A stretch of 64,000 nucleotides of DNA from Mobula hypostoma (lineage: Eukaryota): the NCBI RefSeq assembly GCF_963921235.1, contig NC_086110.1, positions 13,392,001 to 13,456,000 of the forward strand, in the 5' to 3' direction. Made by a program: the position numbers and the translations under genes. Below the pieces are notes generated by a model that saw only the letters and a program-made list of their open reading frames with translations, made no database searches and was not told the DNA's origin. This document shows, in pieces, positions 12,543-26,733 of this stretch. Within the stretch, counting starts at the first letter, position 1. Every line of letters begins with the position of its first letter.

Positions 12543-13216
12543 CACGGCAAGGCAGAATAATATAGTTCAAATTTTAACTCTGCGTCCGCTGGAAGGGAGA
12601 AACGAACTCTTACAATTCTAATTTTCACATAGCCCAGCTAGTGCTTTCGTGATTATGCTAGAAATTTTGCCCTCTTACTGAATTTAGGGATTATCGATAT
12701 CTTTATTGAGATATGAATTCAAATCTGCATTCTGCGAATTTTGATGGTAAAGGTGGATCCTTATTACTTCAGCAATTTTCATGAAACAAAAGCATATAGT
12801 GTGAAAACTTCATAAATTTATTCTAGTGACAGATTTCAGTCTGTTTTCTGAAAGTAGACCGCATAGTACTCAGGTTCCTTACACTCTGCAGCGACCAGCT
12901 CGCGTGAAACTCAGCATAATGCAGCAACAAATGCTGACTGTGTTGGAGATAGATTCCGGGTATAGAATATTAATCACACAAAGAGAGAGTTAGTTTTCAA
13001 ACACAAATTATTCAGTTTAATGATGACAGATATTCAAGAGGTACTGCGATAAAATCCATAAAGGGTGCATCGACGAAGGTTCAAATAATTGATTGCAGTT
13101 CCGAGACTCCATTTTAAATTCAATAAACACAAGCAATTCCATGAGGGAAAGGCTGCTCTTTCAATTATCTCCTACATTTCCACAAAGCAAACAGGAGGCA
13201 ATAGGATAGTCCATCG

Positions 13217-15300
13217 AACATAGAACATAGAACATAGAATAGTACAACACATTACAGGCTTTTCGGCCCACAATGTTGTGCAGACCCTCAAACCCTGCCT
13301 CCCATATAACCCCCCACATTAAATTCCTCCATATACCTGTCTAGTAGTCTCTTAAACTTCACTAGTGTATCTGCCTCCACCACTGACTCAAGCAGTACAT
13401 TCCACGCACCAACCACTCTCTGAGTAAAAAAACCTCCCTCTAATATCCCCCTGGAACTTCCCACCCTTTACCTTAAAGCCATGTCCTCTTGTATTCAGCA
13501 GTGGTGAACTGGGGAAGAGGCGCTGGCTATCCACTGTATCTATTCCTCTTATTGCCTTGTACACCTCTATCATGTCTCCCCTCATCCTCCTTCTCTCCAA
13601 AGAGTAAAGCACTTTCTCCCTTTATCTCTGATCATAACGCATACTCTCTGAACCAGGCAGCATCCTGGTAAATCTCCTCTGTACCTTTTCCAATGCTTCC
13701 ACATCCTTCCTATAGTGAGACGACCAGAAATGGACACAGTACTCCAATTGTGGCCTAACTAGAGCTTTATAGAGCTGCATCATTACATCGCAACTCTTAA
13801 ACTCTGTCCCTCGACTAATGAAAGCTAACACCCCATAAGCATTCTTGACTACCCTATCTAACTGTGAGGCAACTTTCAGGGATCTGTGGACATGTACCCC
13901 GAGATCCCTCTGCTCCTCCACACTACCGGGTATCCTGCCATTTACTTTGTGGTCTGCCTTGGAGTTTGTCCTTCCAAAGTGTACCACCTCACACTTCCCC
14001 GGGTTGAACTCCATCTGCCACATCTCAGCCCACTTCTGCATCCTATCAATGTCTCTCTGCAATCTTCGATAATCCTCTAGACTGTCTACAACACCACCAA
14101 CCTTTGTGTCGTCTGCAAACTTGCCAACCCACCCCTCTACGCCCACATCCAGGTCGTTAATAAAAATCACGAAAAGTAGAGGTCCCAGAACAGATCCTTG
14201 TGGGACACCACTACACACAATCCTTCAATCTGAATGTACTCACTCCACCACGACCCCCTGCCTTCTGCAGACAAGCCAATTCTGAATCCACCTGACCAAA
14301 CCTCCGTGGATCCCATGGCTTCTGATTTTCATAATAAGCCTACCGTGTGGAACCTTGTCAAATGCCTTTCTAAAATCCATTTAGATCACATCTACTGCAC
14401 TACCCTCATCTATATGCCTGGTCACCACCTCAAAGAACTCTATTAGGCTTGTTAGACACGTTCTTCCCTTCACAAAGACATGCTGACTGTCCCTGATCAG
14501 ACGATGATTCCCTTAATGCCCATAGATCCTATTTCTAAGAATCTTTTCCAACAGTTTTCCAACACAGACGTAAGGCTCACTGCTCTACAATTACCCGGAC
14601 GATTCCTACAACTTTTTTTGAACAAGGGGACAACATTCGCTTCCCTCCAATCCTCCGGTACCATTCTCGTGGAAAACGAAGACATAAAAATCCTAGCCAG
14701 AGGCTCAGCAATCTCTTCTCTCGCCTCATGGAGCAGCCTGGGGAATATTCCGTCAGGCCCCGGGGACTTATCCGTCCTAATGTATTTAACAACTCCAACA
14801 CCTCCTCCCCCTTAATATCAGCATGCTCCAGAGCATCAACCTCACTCATATTATCATCAGGTTCACTCTCATTGGTGAATAACGAAGAGTATTTATTGAG
14901 GACCTCGCTAACTTCCACAGCCTCGAGGCACATCTTCTCTAATCGGTCCGACCTTCACTCCTGTCATCCTTTTGTTCTTCACATAATTGAAGAATGCTTT
15001 GGATTTTTCCTTTACCCTTCTCACCAAGGCCTTCTCATGCCCCCTTCTTGCTCTTCTCAGCCCCTTCCTAAGCTCCTTTCTTGCTTCCCTATATTCCTCA
15101 ATAGTCCCATCTGATCCTTGCTTCCTAAACCTCATGTATGCTGTCTTCTTCCACCTGACTAAATTTTCCACCTCACTTGTCACCCATGGTTCCTTCACCC
15201 TACCATTCTTTATCTTCCTCACCGGGACAAATTTATCCCTAACATTCTGCATCCATCGAGCAGAAAATTTAACCCGATACAGAAAGATAGGGTTAACACG
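13217..15300 (-). mobile_element. 5'-truncated CR1 LINE
   Basis: ORF 13622-14218 has GVPQGSVLGP and KFADDTK; tail (catagaa)n at about 13217. Confidence 0.88.
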
Positions 15301-16589
15301 CACATAAGTGTCTAACCTGACAGGGCATCAATTGTTATCCACTGAATATTTAAATGCTTCTTGGTTGGTGATGAAACAATAATGACCTTTTCATGTGCTT
15401 CCCATACCATGTCAAACGGCTCACCATTTTGATCGGTTATGTTTCCCAATTTCCACGAAGCGGTGGGGATGTTATGCCGTTTTCACAGAAGCTTTATCAC
15501 CATTATAAAATTGTATCTCCCGTCCTCTCAGATCTGAAATTATGTGCCTGATTGGGGCGTAAAGTTGGTCAGAGGTAACACAAATTTTGTCTCTTAGGTC
15601 CCACGAGAAGTAATTGAGGTCTGTTTGTTGAGGACTTTAGCCGAGAAATGATATCGACATTTGGAACATTATCCTGCTGTGGATCTGGATGAATCGTAGG
15701 AGGCAATTCTAATGATAGATAGCTTAGTTTTACGTTACAGGCAATTTGAGATGCCGAATACAAAAATGTGTCTGCAGCAGAAAACACTATTTCCAGAAGG
15801 TACGTTTTCTGTCGTGATTTCTGCCTTGATCATCTGATATTCCTTTTTCTCGACACGTAAGTACCAAAGATAAGAGTACTGCGATTTGTTCCCCATGAAC
15901 CACTCTCTGTTCTCCATCAGTCCATCCTTCATGGTGTGTAAGAATGGAGCAGTGACTTGGACCAATTACTAAGCACTTAAAAACAAGCTGGCTGATGAAA
16001 ATTGGCTTCGTTTGAGTACGGTTGGGATTGTCGTGCTAGCTCTTAGGTGCCAATTGATTAAGAATGCCCATGCATTTTTAGTTTTAATTGCTTTAGAGAT
16101 AAACCCTACATCTCTATGTTTTCACCAGCATATCGTTAACTGGGGCAGAAACACTCAGGAAAGACTTTTTTTTCTTTTTTTAAGCATTCAGTTTACTGGG
16201 TTTTTTTTTAAATTTTAAATGCTTGAATACATGAAAATTTCAGAAAAATTAAGAAGTGTATAAATGTCAAGCACAGCTCTGGTTTTGCCAAAGGATTGAC
16301 TGTAAATCTAGATTTCTAATTTGTGAGACAATTTTGTCCACCGGACGAGATAATCTTATAATATCGCGCATTTAATTGTCTCTATCTTCATTAAAGACCT
16401 ATTCCAAAATGTTTTCAGCAAGGTTCTTTTAGGATGAATGTTTCAACTGAATGCAGATTATCGTTAATAGATAATAGGGAGCTGAATTGTAGTTAGTCGA
16501 CTGCAAAATTAAAGCTACTATTTGATACTACTGGGTGGAAGTCATAGGAAACAATCAGCAAGCCAGGCAGCGTCTGCTGAGAGAAATAG

Positions 16590-17150
16590 AACATGGAACA
16601 TAGAACATAGAAAATAGAATAGTACAACACAGTACAGGCCCTACGGCCCACAATGTTGTGCAGACCCTCAAACCCTGCCTCCCATATAAACCCCTGCCTT
16701 AATTTCTTCCATATACCTGTCTAGTAGTCTCTTAAACTTCACTAGTGTATCTGCCTCCACCACTGACTCAGGCAGTGCATTCCACGCACCAACCGATCGG
16801 AGTAAGAAAGCCTTCCTCTAATATCCCTCTTGAACTTCCCACCCCTTACCTTAAAGCCATGTCCTCTTGTATTGAGCAGTGGTGCCCTGGGGAAGAGGCG
16901 CTGGCTATCCAGTATATCTATTCCTCTTATTATCTTGTACACCTCTATCATGTCTCCTCTCATCCTCCTTCTCTCCAAAGAGTAAAGCCCTAGCTCCCTT
17001 AATATCTGATCATAATGTATACTCTGCAAACCAACCAGCATTCTGGTAAATCTCCTCTTATCCCCTTTCCAATGCTTCCACATCCTTCCTATAGTGAGAC
17101 GACCAGAACTGGACAAAATACTCCAAGCGTGGCCTCACCAGAGTTTTATA
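16590..17150 (-). mobile_element. CR1 3' fragment, same subfamily as 13217-15300
   Basis: Tail catagaa; ORF 16742-17116 contains LGLYSLERRRMRGD. Confidence 0.85.
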
Positions 17151-19281
17151 GAGAGCTACAGGGAGTACTAGCGTGAATATCAAGTTGATAATTTTTCACT
17201 TTGTCAAGAAGAGAAATGATTTGGATTTTCCCCTTCTCATATAAGATTCCCGATTTTTTCCGCTTAATTTCGGACTGCAAACATCTGCAATCCTGTTTTA
17301 CTTTAAATACCCTGCTTTCCAATTCATGATCTTACTTGATATGAGCTGAATACAAAGCGACATGACCTTAATTCCCCTTCCATTCAAATCTATAACATCA
17401 TCTCCGGAAAACTTTAGATCAAGAGTCAACTCTCGACATTGCTGCTTTTTAATGTTGTCTATCTGTTCCTTGTTCCCTTAACACCGTTTTTAATAGAACA
17501 ACGGACCAGTATAGGACAGGAATAGGACATTCGGGTAAGCTATCTGTCGCGAACACAATGTCAAATAAACTGAATATCTACCTGCTGCGGATGATCTATA
17601 TCGAATAATTCACTGCATGTCTGTGTGGACATTCTGAAGCCTCGTTACTGCAGAATTTCCTTCTAGTTCTTCCTTCTGTATCGTAAAAAAAAATTCATTA
17701 CTGCGAATAAGTTACATATAATTCCCAGCAGTCCTGCATTTTATGCAAATTGAATCTTTTGTTGCAATTTGTCACGTGGTTGTGAGGAAAACCCATACCA
17801 GTTCAGCGATACGGAAGGACTTTGACCGAATTCTCAAATGTATTGTCCAAATCGTCTCTCTCTGGAACTGGTCAAAGTCATCAAATGACAATCTTGCACT
17901 CTGTGACTCGAAGCAGATATTATTACAAGTAACCTATGAGTTCTGATATGATTTGCACCGTTCTCACTTTGCAAGATTTTACCTAATACACAAAAAATAA
18001 TACCAACATTCTGAGAGCTAATATTATCCGGATGAGCAGAAATCACAGGTGATCTTTTAAAGAACTTCCTCATTTAATTAATTAGGAAAGATATTGCTTT
18101 CCCCCTGACATCGGTTTACAATGTCTTTTAATCTGCAAAGTAATTGGTTCTCCATTATGTGCTCTCAGAGAATCAGTCACACATAAATATCAGCTATTTA
18201 GCTGTTTTTTTTTAGAATTGTTTAGTATATTTATTTCCAGAATGAACATGGCGAAGAAACAGGAAGTATAGCCGTTGAAGCACAGCTTTAGAAATATTTA
18301 GCTGACAGAAACAAGATATCAAATAAGTTACTATATTAAACCTATTGACCTACTCTTAAACGTCAAGTGTGATAACACCAGCTGTCTGCAACATACAGCT
18401 TTCAGAGAGAAGCAGTCTTTAACCACATATTTTCCATGATGTTAACAGCAGACTGACGAGTGCAATTCTATTCTCAGGTAGCGTATTAGGTCCCATAAAG
18501 ACAAAGTTCAAATGCATACTTGGTAAACATATAACCATATAGCCATATAACAATTACAGCAAGGAAACAGATCATCTCGGCCCTGCTAGTCCGTGCCGAA
18601 CGCTTACTCTCACCTAGTCCCACCTACGTGCAATCAGCCCATAAGCCTCCATTCCTTTCCTGTCCATATACCTACCATTTTATTCTTTAAATGACAGTAT
18701 CGAACCTGCCTCTACCACTTTTACTGGAAACTCGTTCCACACAGTTACCACTCTCTGAGTAAAGAAGTCCCCCCTCGTGTTACCCCTAAACTTTTACCCC
18801 CTAACTATCAACTCATGTCCTCTTGGTTGAATCTCCCACACTCTAAATGGAAAAAAAAGCCTATCTACGTCAACTCGACCTATTCCCCTCATAATTTTAA
18901 ATACCTTTATCGAGTCCCCTCTCAACCTCCTATGCTCCAAAGTATAAAGACCTAACTTGTTCAACCTTTCTCTGTAACGCAGGTGCTGAAACCCAGGTAA
19001 CATTCTGGTAAATCTTCTCTGTACTGTCTGCATTTTGTTGACATCTTTCCTATAATTCTGTGACCAGAACTGTACACAAGACTCCAAATTTGGCCTTCCC
19101 AATACCTTGTACAATTTTAACATTGCATCCCAACTCCTACACTCAATGCTCTGATTTATGAAGGCCATCATACCAAAAACCTTCTTCACCACCCTATTCA
19201 CATGAGATTCCACCTTCAGTGATCTATGCTCCATTATTCCTAGATCACTCTGTTCTACTGCATTCTTCAATGTCCTACCAT

Positions 19282-21787
19282 ACAGCAGTTATAATGGGTG
19301 ACTTCAATCTACATGTAGACTGGGTGAACCAAATTGGTAAAGGTGCTGAGGAAGAGGATTTCTTGGAATGTATGCGGGATGGTTTTTTGAACCAACATGT
19401 CGAGGAACCGACTAGAGAGCAGGCTATTCTGGACTGGGTTTTGAGCAATGAGGAAGGGTTAATTAGCGATCTTGTCGTGAGAGGCCCCTTGGGTAAGAGT
19501 GACCATAATATGGTGGAATTCTTCATTAACATGGAGAGTGACGTAGTTAATTCAGAAACAAAGGTTCTGAACTTAAAGAGGGGTAACTTTGAAGGTATGA
19601 GACGTGAATTAGCTAAGATAGACTGGCAAATGACACTTCAAGGATTGACGGTGGATATGCAATGGCAGGCATTTAAAGGTTGCATGGATGAACTACAACA
19701 ATTGTTCATCCCAGTTTGGCAAAAGAATAAATCAAGGAAGGTAGTGCACCCGTGGCTGACAAGAGAAATTAGGGATAGTATCAATTCCAAAGAAGTAGCA
19801 TACAAATTAGCCAGAGAAAGTGGCTCACCTGAGGACTGGGAGAAATTCAGAGTTCAGCAGAGGAGGACAAAGGGCTTAATTAGGAAGGGGAAAAAAGATT
19901 ATGAGAGAAAACTGGCAGAGAACATAAAAACGGACTGTAAAAGCTTTTATAGATATGTAAAAAGGAAAAGACTGATAAAGACAAATGTAGGTCCCCTGCA
20001 AACAGAAACAGGTGAATTGATTATGGGGAGCAAGGACATGGCAGACCAATTGAATAATTACTTTGGTTCTGTCTTCACTAAGGAGGACATAAATAATCTT
20101 CCAGAAATAGTAAGGGACAGAGGGTCCAGTGAGATGGAGGAACTGAGCGAAATACATGTTAGTAGGGAAGTGGTGTTAGGTAAATTGAAGGGATTGAAGG
20201 CAGATAAATCCCCAGGGCCAGATGGTCTGCATCCCAGAGTGCTTAAGGAAGTGGCCCAAGAAATAGTGGACGCATTAGTGATAATTTTTCAAAACTCGTT
20301 AGATTCTGGACTAGTTCCTGAGGATTGGAGGGTGGCTAATGTAACCCCACTTTTTAAAAAAGGAGGGAGAGAGAAACCGGGGAATTATAGGCCGGTTAGC
20401 CTAACGTCGGTGGTGGGGAAACTGCTGGAGTCAGTTATCAAAGATGTGATAACAGCACATTTGGAAAGCGGTGAAATGATCGGACAAAGTCAGCATGGAT
20501 TTGTGAAAGGAAAATCATGTCTGACGAATCTCATAGAATTTTTTGAGGATGTAACTAGTAGAGTGGATAGGGGAGAACCAGTGGATGTGGTATATTTGGA
20601 TTTTCAAAAGGCTTTTGACAAGGTCCCACACAGGAGATTAGTGTGCAAACTTAAAGCACACTGTATTGGGGGTAAGGTATTGGTGTGGGTGGAGAATTGG
20701 TTAGCAGACAGGAAGCAAAGAGTGGGAATAAACGGGACCTTTTCAGAATGGCAGGCGGTGACTAGTGGGGTACCGCAAGGCTCAGTGCTGGGACCCCAGT
20801 TGTTTACAATATATATTAATGACTTGGGTGAGGGAATTAAATGCAGCATCTCCAAGTTTGCGGATGACACAAAGCTGGATGGCAGTGTTAGCAGTGAGGA
20901 GGATGCTAAGAGGATGCAGGGTGACTTGGATAGGTTGGGTGAGTGGGCAAACTCATGGCAGATGCAATTTAATGTGGATAAATGTGAAGTTATCCACTTT
21001 GGTGGCAAAAATAGGAAAACAGATTATTATCTGAATGGTGGCCGATTAGGAAAAGGGGAGGTGCAACGAGACCTGGGTGTCATTATACACCAGTCATTGA
21101 AAGTGGGCATGCAGGTACAGCAGGCGGTGAAAAAGGCGAACGGTATGCTGGCATTTATAGCGAGAGGATTCGAGTACAGGAGCAGGGAGGTACTACTGCA
21201 GTTGTACAAGGCCTTGGTGAGACCACACCTGGAGTATTGTGTGCAGTTTTGGTCCCCTAATCTGAGGAAAGACATCTTTGCCATAGAGGGAGTACAAAGA
21301 AGGTTCACCAGATTGATTCCTGGGATGGCAGGTCTTTCATATGAAGAAAGACTGGATGAACTGGGCTTGTACTCGTTGGAATTTAGAAGATTAAGGGGGG
21401 ATCTGATTGAAACGTATAAGATCCTAAAGGGATTGGACAGGCTAGATGCGGGAAGATTGTTCCCGATGTTGGGGAGGTCCAGAACGAGGGGTCACAGTTT
21501 GAGGATAGAGGGGAAGCCTTTTAGGACCGAGATTAGGAAAAACTTCTTCTCACAGAGAGTGGTGAATCTGTGGAATTCTCTGCCACAGCAAACTGTTGAG
21601 GCCAGTTCATTAGCTATGTTTAAAAGGAAGTTAGATATGGCTCTTGTGGCTACAGGGGTCAGGGGGTATGGAGGGAAGGCTGGGTTCTGAGTTGGATGAT
21701 CAGCCATGATCATAATAAATGGCGGTGCAGGCTCGAAGGGCCGAATGGCCTACTCCTGCACCTATTTTCTATGTTTCTATGTTTCTA
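19282..21787 (+). mobile_element. Young 5'-truncated CR1 LINE with uninterrupted ORF2 (partial EN, complete RT)
   Basis: 823-aa ORF with MGDFN, NYRPVSLTS, YLDFQKAFD and FADDTK; tail (tttctatg)n. Confidence 0.95.
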
Positions 21788-22849
21788 TTTATTATGTATG
21801 TCCTATTTTGATTAGTCCTACCAAAATATAGCACCTCACTCTTATCAGCATTAAACTCATCTGCCATCTTTCAGCCCACTCTACTAACTGGCCTTAATCA
21901 CTCTGCAAACTTTGAAAACCTCCTTTAATATCCACAAAAACACCTATCTTAGCATCATCTGCATACTTACCACCCCATCATCCAGATGATTAATGTATAT
22001 ATAACCATATAACCTATAACAATTACAGCACGGAAGCAGGCCATCTCGGCCCTTATAGTCCATGCCGAACGCTTACCCTCACCTCGTCCCACCGACCTGC
22101 ACTCGGTCCATAACCCTCCATTCCTCTCGTGTCCATATAGCTATCCAATTTTACTTTAAATGACAATATCGAAACTGCCTCTACTACTTCTGCTGGAAGC
22201 TCCTTCCACACAGCTACCACTCCTTGAGTAAAGAATTTCCCGCTCATGTTACCCCTGAACTTTTGCCCCCTAACAGTCAACTCATGACCTCCTGACAACA
22301 ACATTGGACCCAGTACAGATCCCTGAGGCACAACACTAGTCTCTGGCCTCCAATCTGACAAACATTTATCCACCACCACTATTTGGCATCTCCCATCTAG
22401 CCACTGCTGAATCCATTTTATTACTTCAATATTAATACCTAACGATTGAACCTTCCTAACTAACCTTCCGTGTGGAACCTAGTCAAACGCCTTACTGAAG
22501 TCCATATAGACAACATCCACTGCTTTACCCTCGTCAACTGTCCAAGTAACCTCTTCAAAAAATTTAATAAGATTTGTCAAACATGACCTTCCACGTACAA
22601 ATCCATGGTGACTGTTCCTAATCAGACCCTGTCTATCCAGATAATTATATATATCATCTCTAAGAATACTTTCAATTAATTTCCCTTCCACTGACGTCAA
22701 ACTTACTAGGCAGGTTTACTCTTAGAACCCTTTTTTAAAAAATGGAACAACATGAGCAATACGCCAATCCTCTGGCACCATCCCTGTTTCTAATGACATT
22801 TGAAATATTTCTGTCAGAGCCCCTGCTATTTCTACACTCAGTAAGGAGG

Positions 22850-23520
22850 GAGAAAAAGATGGGGGCGCGACGTACCGCACACCGCCGCTCCGAATTGATA
22901 TCGTGTTTGTTAACCAGGATGCACAACCCTGCTTTGATGGAGACAGCCGTGAGAAGCACGGAGGAACATCTGGAGAAACATCTGAAATAACTGCTTCGCT
23001 GCCGCTGCTACTGTCCGATCGATAATCTCCGGAGGGGAAGGCCCCGAATCCTCGGCTTTGCCTTTCGCCTATTGCCGGGGCCGGGGTCGAAGCGTTCGGC
23101 AGCGATGGTGCTCGGTGATCCGTTTCTGAGTGTTTGTCGGAGACTCGAAGCTTTCGGACGGACTCGGAGTCAGACAGTGGTCGAGTGCTTCCAGGGTGCT
23201 GCATCGGCAAGTTTGCGGCGCTGGAAGCTCATGGCAGAAAGAGTTTTCTTCCTTCAACCGTCTGCGTGAAATGATGCGACTTTCGAGAGACTGAGACTTT
23301 TTACCGTGACCATGATCTGTCCTTCTATCAAATTACGGTACTGCTTGCACTGTTGTAACTGTATGTTATAATTATGTGGTTTTGTCAGTTCTTTTAGACT
23401 TGGTTTGTCTTGTGTTTCTGTGACAGCATTCTGGAGGAACAAATGGTATCACTTCCTTATGCATACATGACTAAATAACAATAAAAGAGGACTGCGTGTC
23501 CTCATAATCTTATCTAATCT
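22850..23520 (+). mobile_element. Non-coding retroposon-like repeat with (aatct)n tail
   Basis: Homologous to 39443-40113; interrupts the host CR1. Confidence 0.6.
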
Positions 23521-26500
23521 AAACTAACTGCCCTCAAGGTCCCAGGGAATATCCTGTCAGGACCCGGAGATTTATCCACTTTTATATTCCTTAAACATAC
23601 CAGTACTTCCTCTTCTTTAATCATCATAGTTTCCATAACTTCCCTACTGTGTCCCTTACCTTACACAATTCAATATCCTTCTCCTTAGGGAATACCGAAG
23701 ACAAGAAATTGTTCCAAATCTCCCCCATCTCTTTTTGCTCCACACATAGTTGTCTACTCTGAATTTCTAAGGGACCAGTTTATCCCTCACTATCCTTTTG
23801 TTATTAATATAATTGTACAAACCCTTTGGATTTATTTTCACCTTACTTGCCAAAGCAACCTCGTGTCTTCTTTTAGATTTTCTAATTTCTTTCTTAAGAT
23901 TATTTTTACATTCTTTATATTTCTCCAAAACCTCATTTACTCCATGCTGCTTATATTAATTTTAGATATCTCTCTTTTTTCTGAACCAAGTTTCCAATAT
24001 CCTTTGAAAACCATGGCTCTTTCAAACTGTTAACATTTCCTTTCAACCAAACAGGAACCTACAGATTCTGTACCCTCAAAATTTTTCCTTTAAATGACCT
24101 CCATTTCTTTATTACATCCTTCTCATAAAACAATTTGTCCCAATCCACTCCGCCTAAATCCTTTAGCATTTCCTCAAAGTTAGCCTTTCTCCAATCGAAA
24201 ATCTCAACACTATGTCCAGATCTATCCTTCTCCATCATTACATTTAAACTAATGGCATTGTGATCACTTGGACCCGAAGTTCTCGCCAACACATACCTCC
24301 GTCGCCTGACCTATCTCATTCCCAAACAGGAGATCCAACACTGCCCCTTCTCTAGTTTTGTACCTCTATGTATTGCTGCAAAAAAACCTATCCTAGACAC
24401 ATTTTACAAACCCCAAATCATCCACCCCTTTTACAGTATGGTCTTCCCAGTGTATGTGTGGAAAATTAAAATATCCCAAAATCAGAACCAGACCTTACTA
24501 CAAATATCTGGTATCTCCTTACAAATTTGCTGCTCCAATTCTTGCGCCCCATTAGGTGGTCTATAATACACCACTATAGGTTTTTCTACGCCTATCCCAT
24601 TCCTCAATTCCACCCAAATAGCCCTCCTAGAGAGCCCTCTAATCTATTCTGCCAGAGCACCGCTGTACTATTTTCTCTGGCAAGCAATGCAACACCTCCC
24701 CCTCTTGCCCCTCCGATTCTATCACATCTGAAGCAATAAAATCCAGGAATAGTTAGTTGCCAATCACACCCCTCCTGCAACTATGTTTCGCTAATAGGTA
24801 GAACATCATATTTCCCGGTATCAATCCATTCTCTAAGCCCATACACCTTTCTTACAATGTTCCTAGTTATTAAAATAAATGCATTTAAGTAATTCTCCAC
24901 CTCCTACTCTCTATTTATCACTGACGGTGCAGACAACATTACTATCTTCTTTTTCTTCCTTCTCCCCTACATCTGTTCCTGCACTCTTATTCCCCTCCCA
25001 CCTTGTACCTATTTTACATCCACCGGAGCCTCTCTAGTAAACCTACCTGCAAGAACATTTGTCCCCCTCCATTTCAAATGAAAAGCGTCCCGGCGGAACT
25101 GGTCCCACCTTCCTTGGAAAACAGCCCAATTATCTATAAATTTGAAGCCCTCCCTCCTGCACCATGTCTTCAGCCACGTGTTTATCTGCTCTATCTCGCT
25201 ATTTCTAACCCCGACTGCACGTGGCACTGTTAGCAATACTGAAATTGCTATGCTTGATGTCCTGTCCTTTAACTTGCGGCCTAACTCCCTAAACTCACTT
25301 TTCAAGACCTCCTTACTCTTCCTACCCACGTCATTGGTCCATACATGGACCACAGCATCTGGCTGCTCACCCTCCCTCTTGAGAATACTGAGAACTCGAT
25401 CCGAGATATCGCGGACCCTGGCACCAGCGGGGCAACAGGCCATCGGAATTCTCGATCTCTTCCACAGAACCACTTATCTCTCACCCTAACTATTGAAACT
25501 GACAGATGAATTAAAATTTTTTTCTGAAAATCTTTTGTTTAGAAAACTTGCAGAAGCTCTCATGCAAATATTTGCATTTGTGAATTACGAACAGGATGTG
25601 AAAATATATCTCTTCTGAGAGGATATGAAACTTCCTGAATTGAACAAAAGCGGTTGGCCTTTCAAATTGGCAGATGAAATAGGAAAGGAAACACAAGAAT
25701 GCAGTCATTTCCTTCGATGTAATTTAATTGCTTGGATTCATAGTTCATGAATGTGAGGTTAGAAGTCCAGAGCGACAACTCTGAGAAAAGAAGATAAATC
25801 GAAGTGTAATTCTGTTGATCTACCTGTAAATAATCCGTGAGATGAGTATAACAATTTGAAAAACTTTTAACTGCTGAGGCAGCTGACGTGAAAGGAGGAC
25901 TGGGGAGGTCAAGCTAGGTACAGATTCTGGAGGGTGATAAGCAGAAAGGCAAAGACGACCAGTTCTGGAATCTAACAAATAAAGGAAAGAGATGATGGGG
26001 ACCATTAGAAGAGAGGTGAAGGGTAGATGGAGCCAGGGCAAGATAGGGGAAAGGGAAGGCTTTGTGTGAAATGTGTGTGTTGTAGATGGATGCAACAACC
26101 GGGCAGCAAAGTTTTTCGAAAGTTTTGCTTCTTTAGATGTGGATGAGACAGACTGCCTGAAGATGAATAGAATGATAAATTCAAATTACTTGTATCACAA
26201 AGAAAACTGGTGAAACAAGACATAAACTTTTATTGATTATAAAGCGTGTAATTGTATAATGGTAATGACGCCTGGCAATAATTCGACTAAGCTAAAATAT
26301 TTTCTGAAGATTTTCGTTTGTATTCAGTGCCTGAGGCTTCTCACATAACAACAATCCGCCAGCATTCATGGAGTCCAGCTGCCTTGATAACATTTTTTCA
26401 TGACCACTATCTCCTTGTGACTCCCTTCACCACGCTTGTTACGAACAACATCAAGATCTGCATGGAAAAAGTCTAAATGGGAGTGCAGAAACTGATTTTT

Positions 26501-26733
26501 TTACTGACATGCTGCACTTTATAGTTTTGTATGCTTGAAGAATGGTGTCATGCAGCTGCACGTAGTTTGATGCTCTCTGGTTGCCAAAAAATATTTCACC
26601 GACATCCTGGAATGCCTTCCACAGGACTTTCTCCGGTATCACTAGACGATCTTTGAATGGCCTGCCATTGATGACCTGTTTGATATGCGGAGCAACAGAA
26701 AATGCCTTACTTAATTTTGGCATCAGATATTCT

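Larger units (their letters stand above)
18529..25493 (-). mobile_element. Old long CR1 LINE (ORF1 esterase plus ORF2 remnants) carrying nested inserts
   Basis: ORF 25009-25473 resembles the SGNH-esterase ORF1; EN/RT remnants at 18794-19270 and 22479-24740; whole block absent from the paralogous site at about 63815. Confidence 0.8.

Noticed and set aside
25562-25577. Perfect palindromic double octamer ATGCAAAT-ATTTGCAT (possible B-cell enhancer)
   Set aside because: Not conserved at the paralogous position (about 63728-63743, gtcgaatattttcat); far from any V exon; octamers are expected by chance in AT-rich DNA
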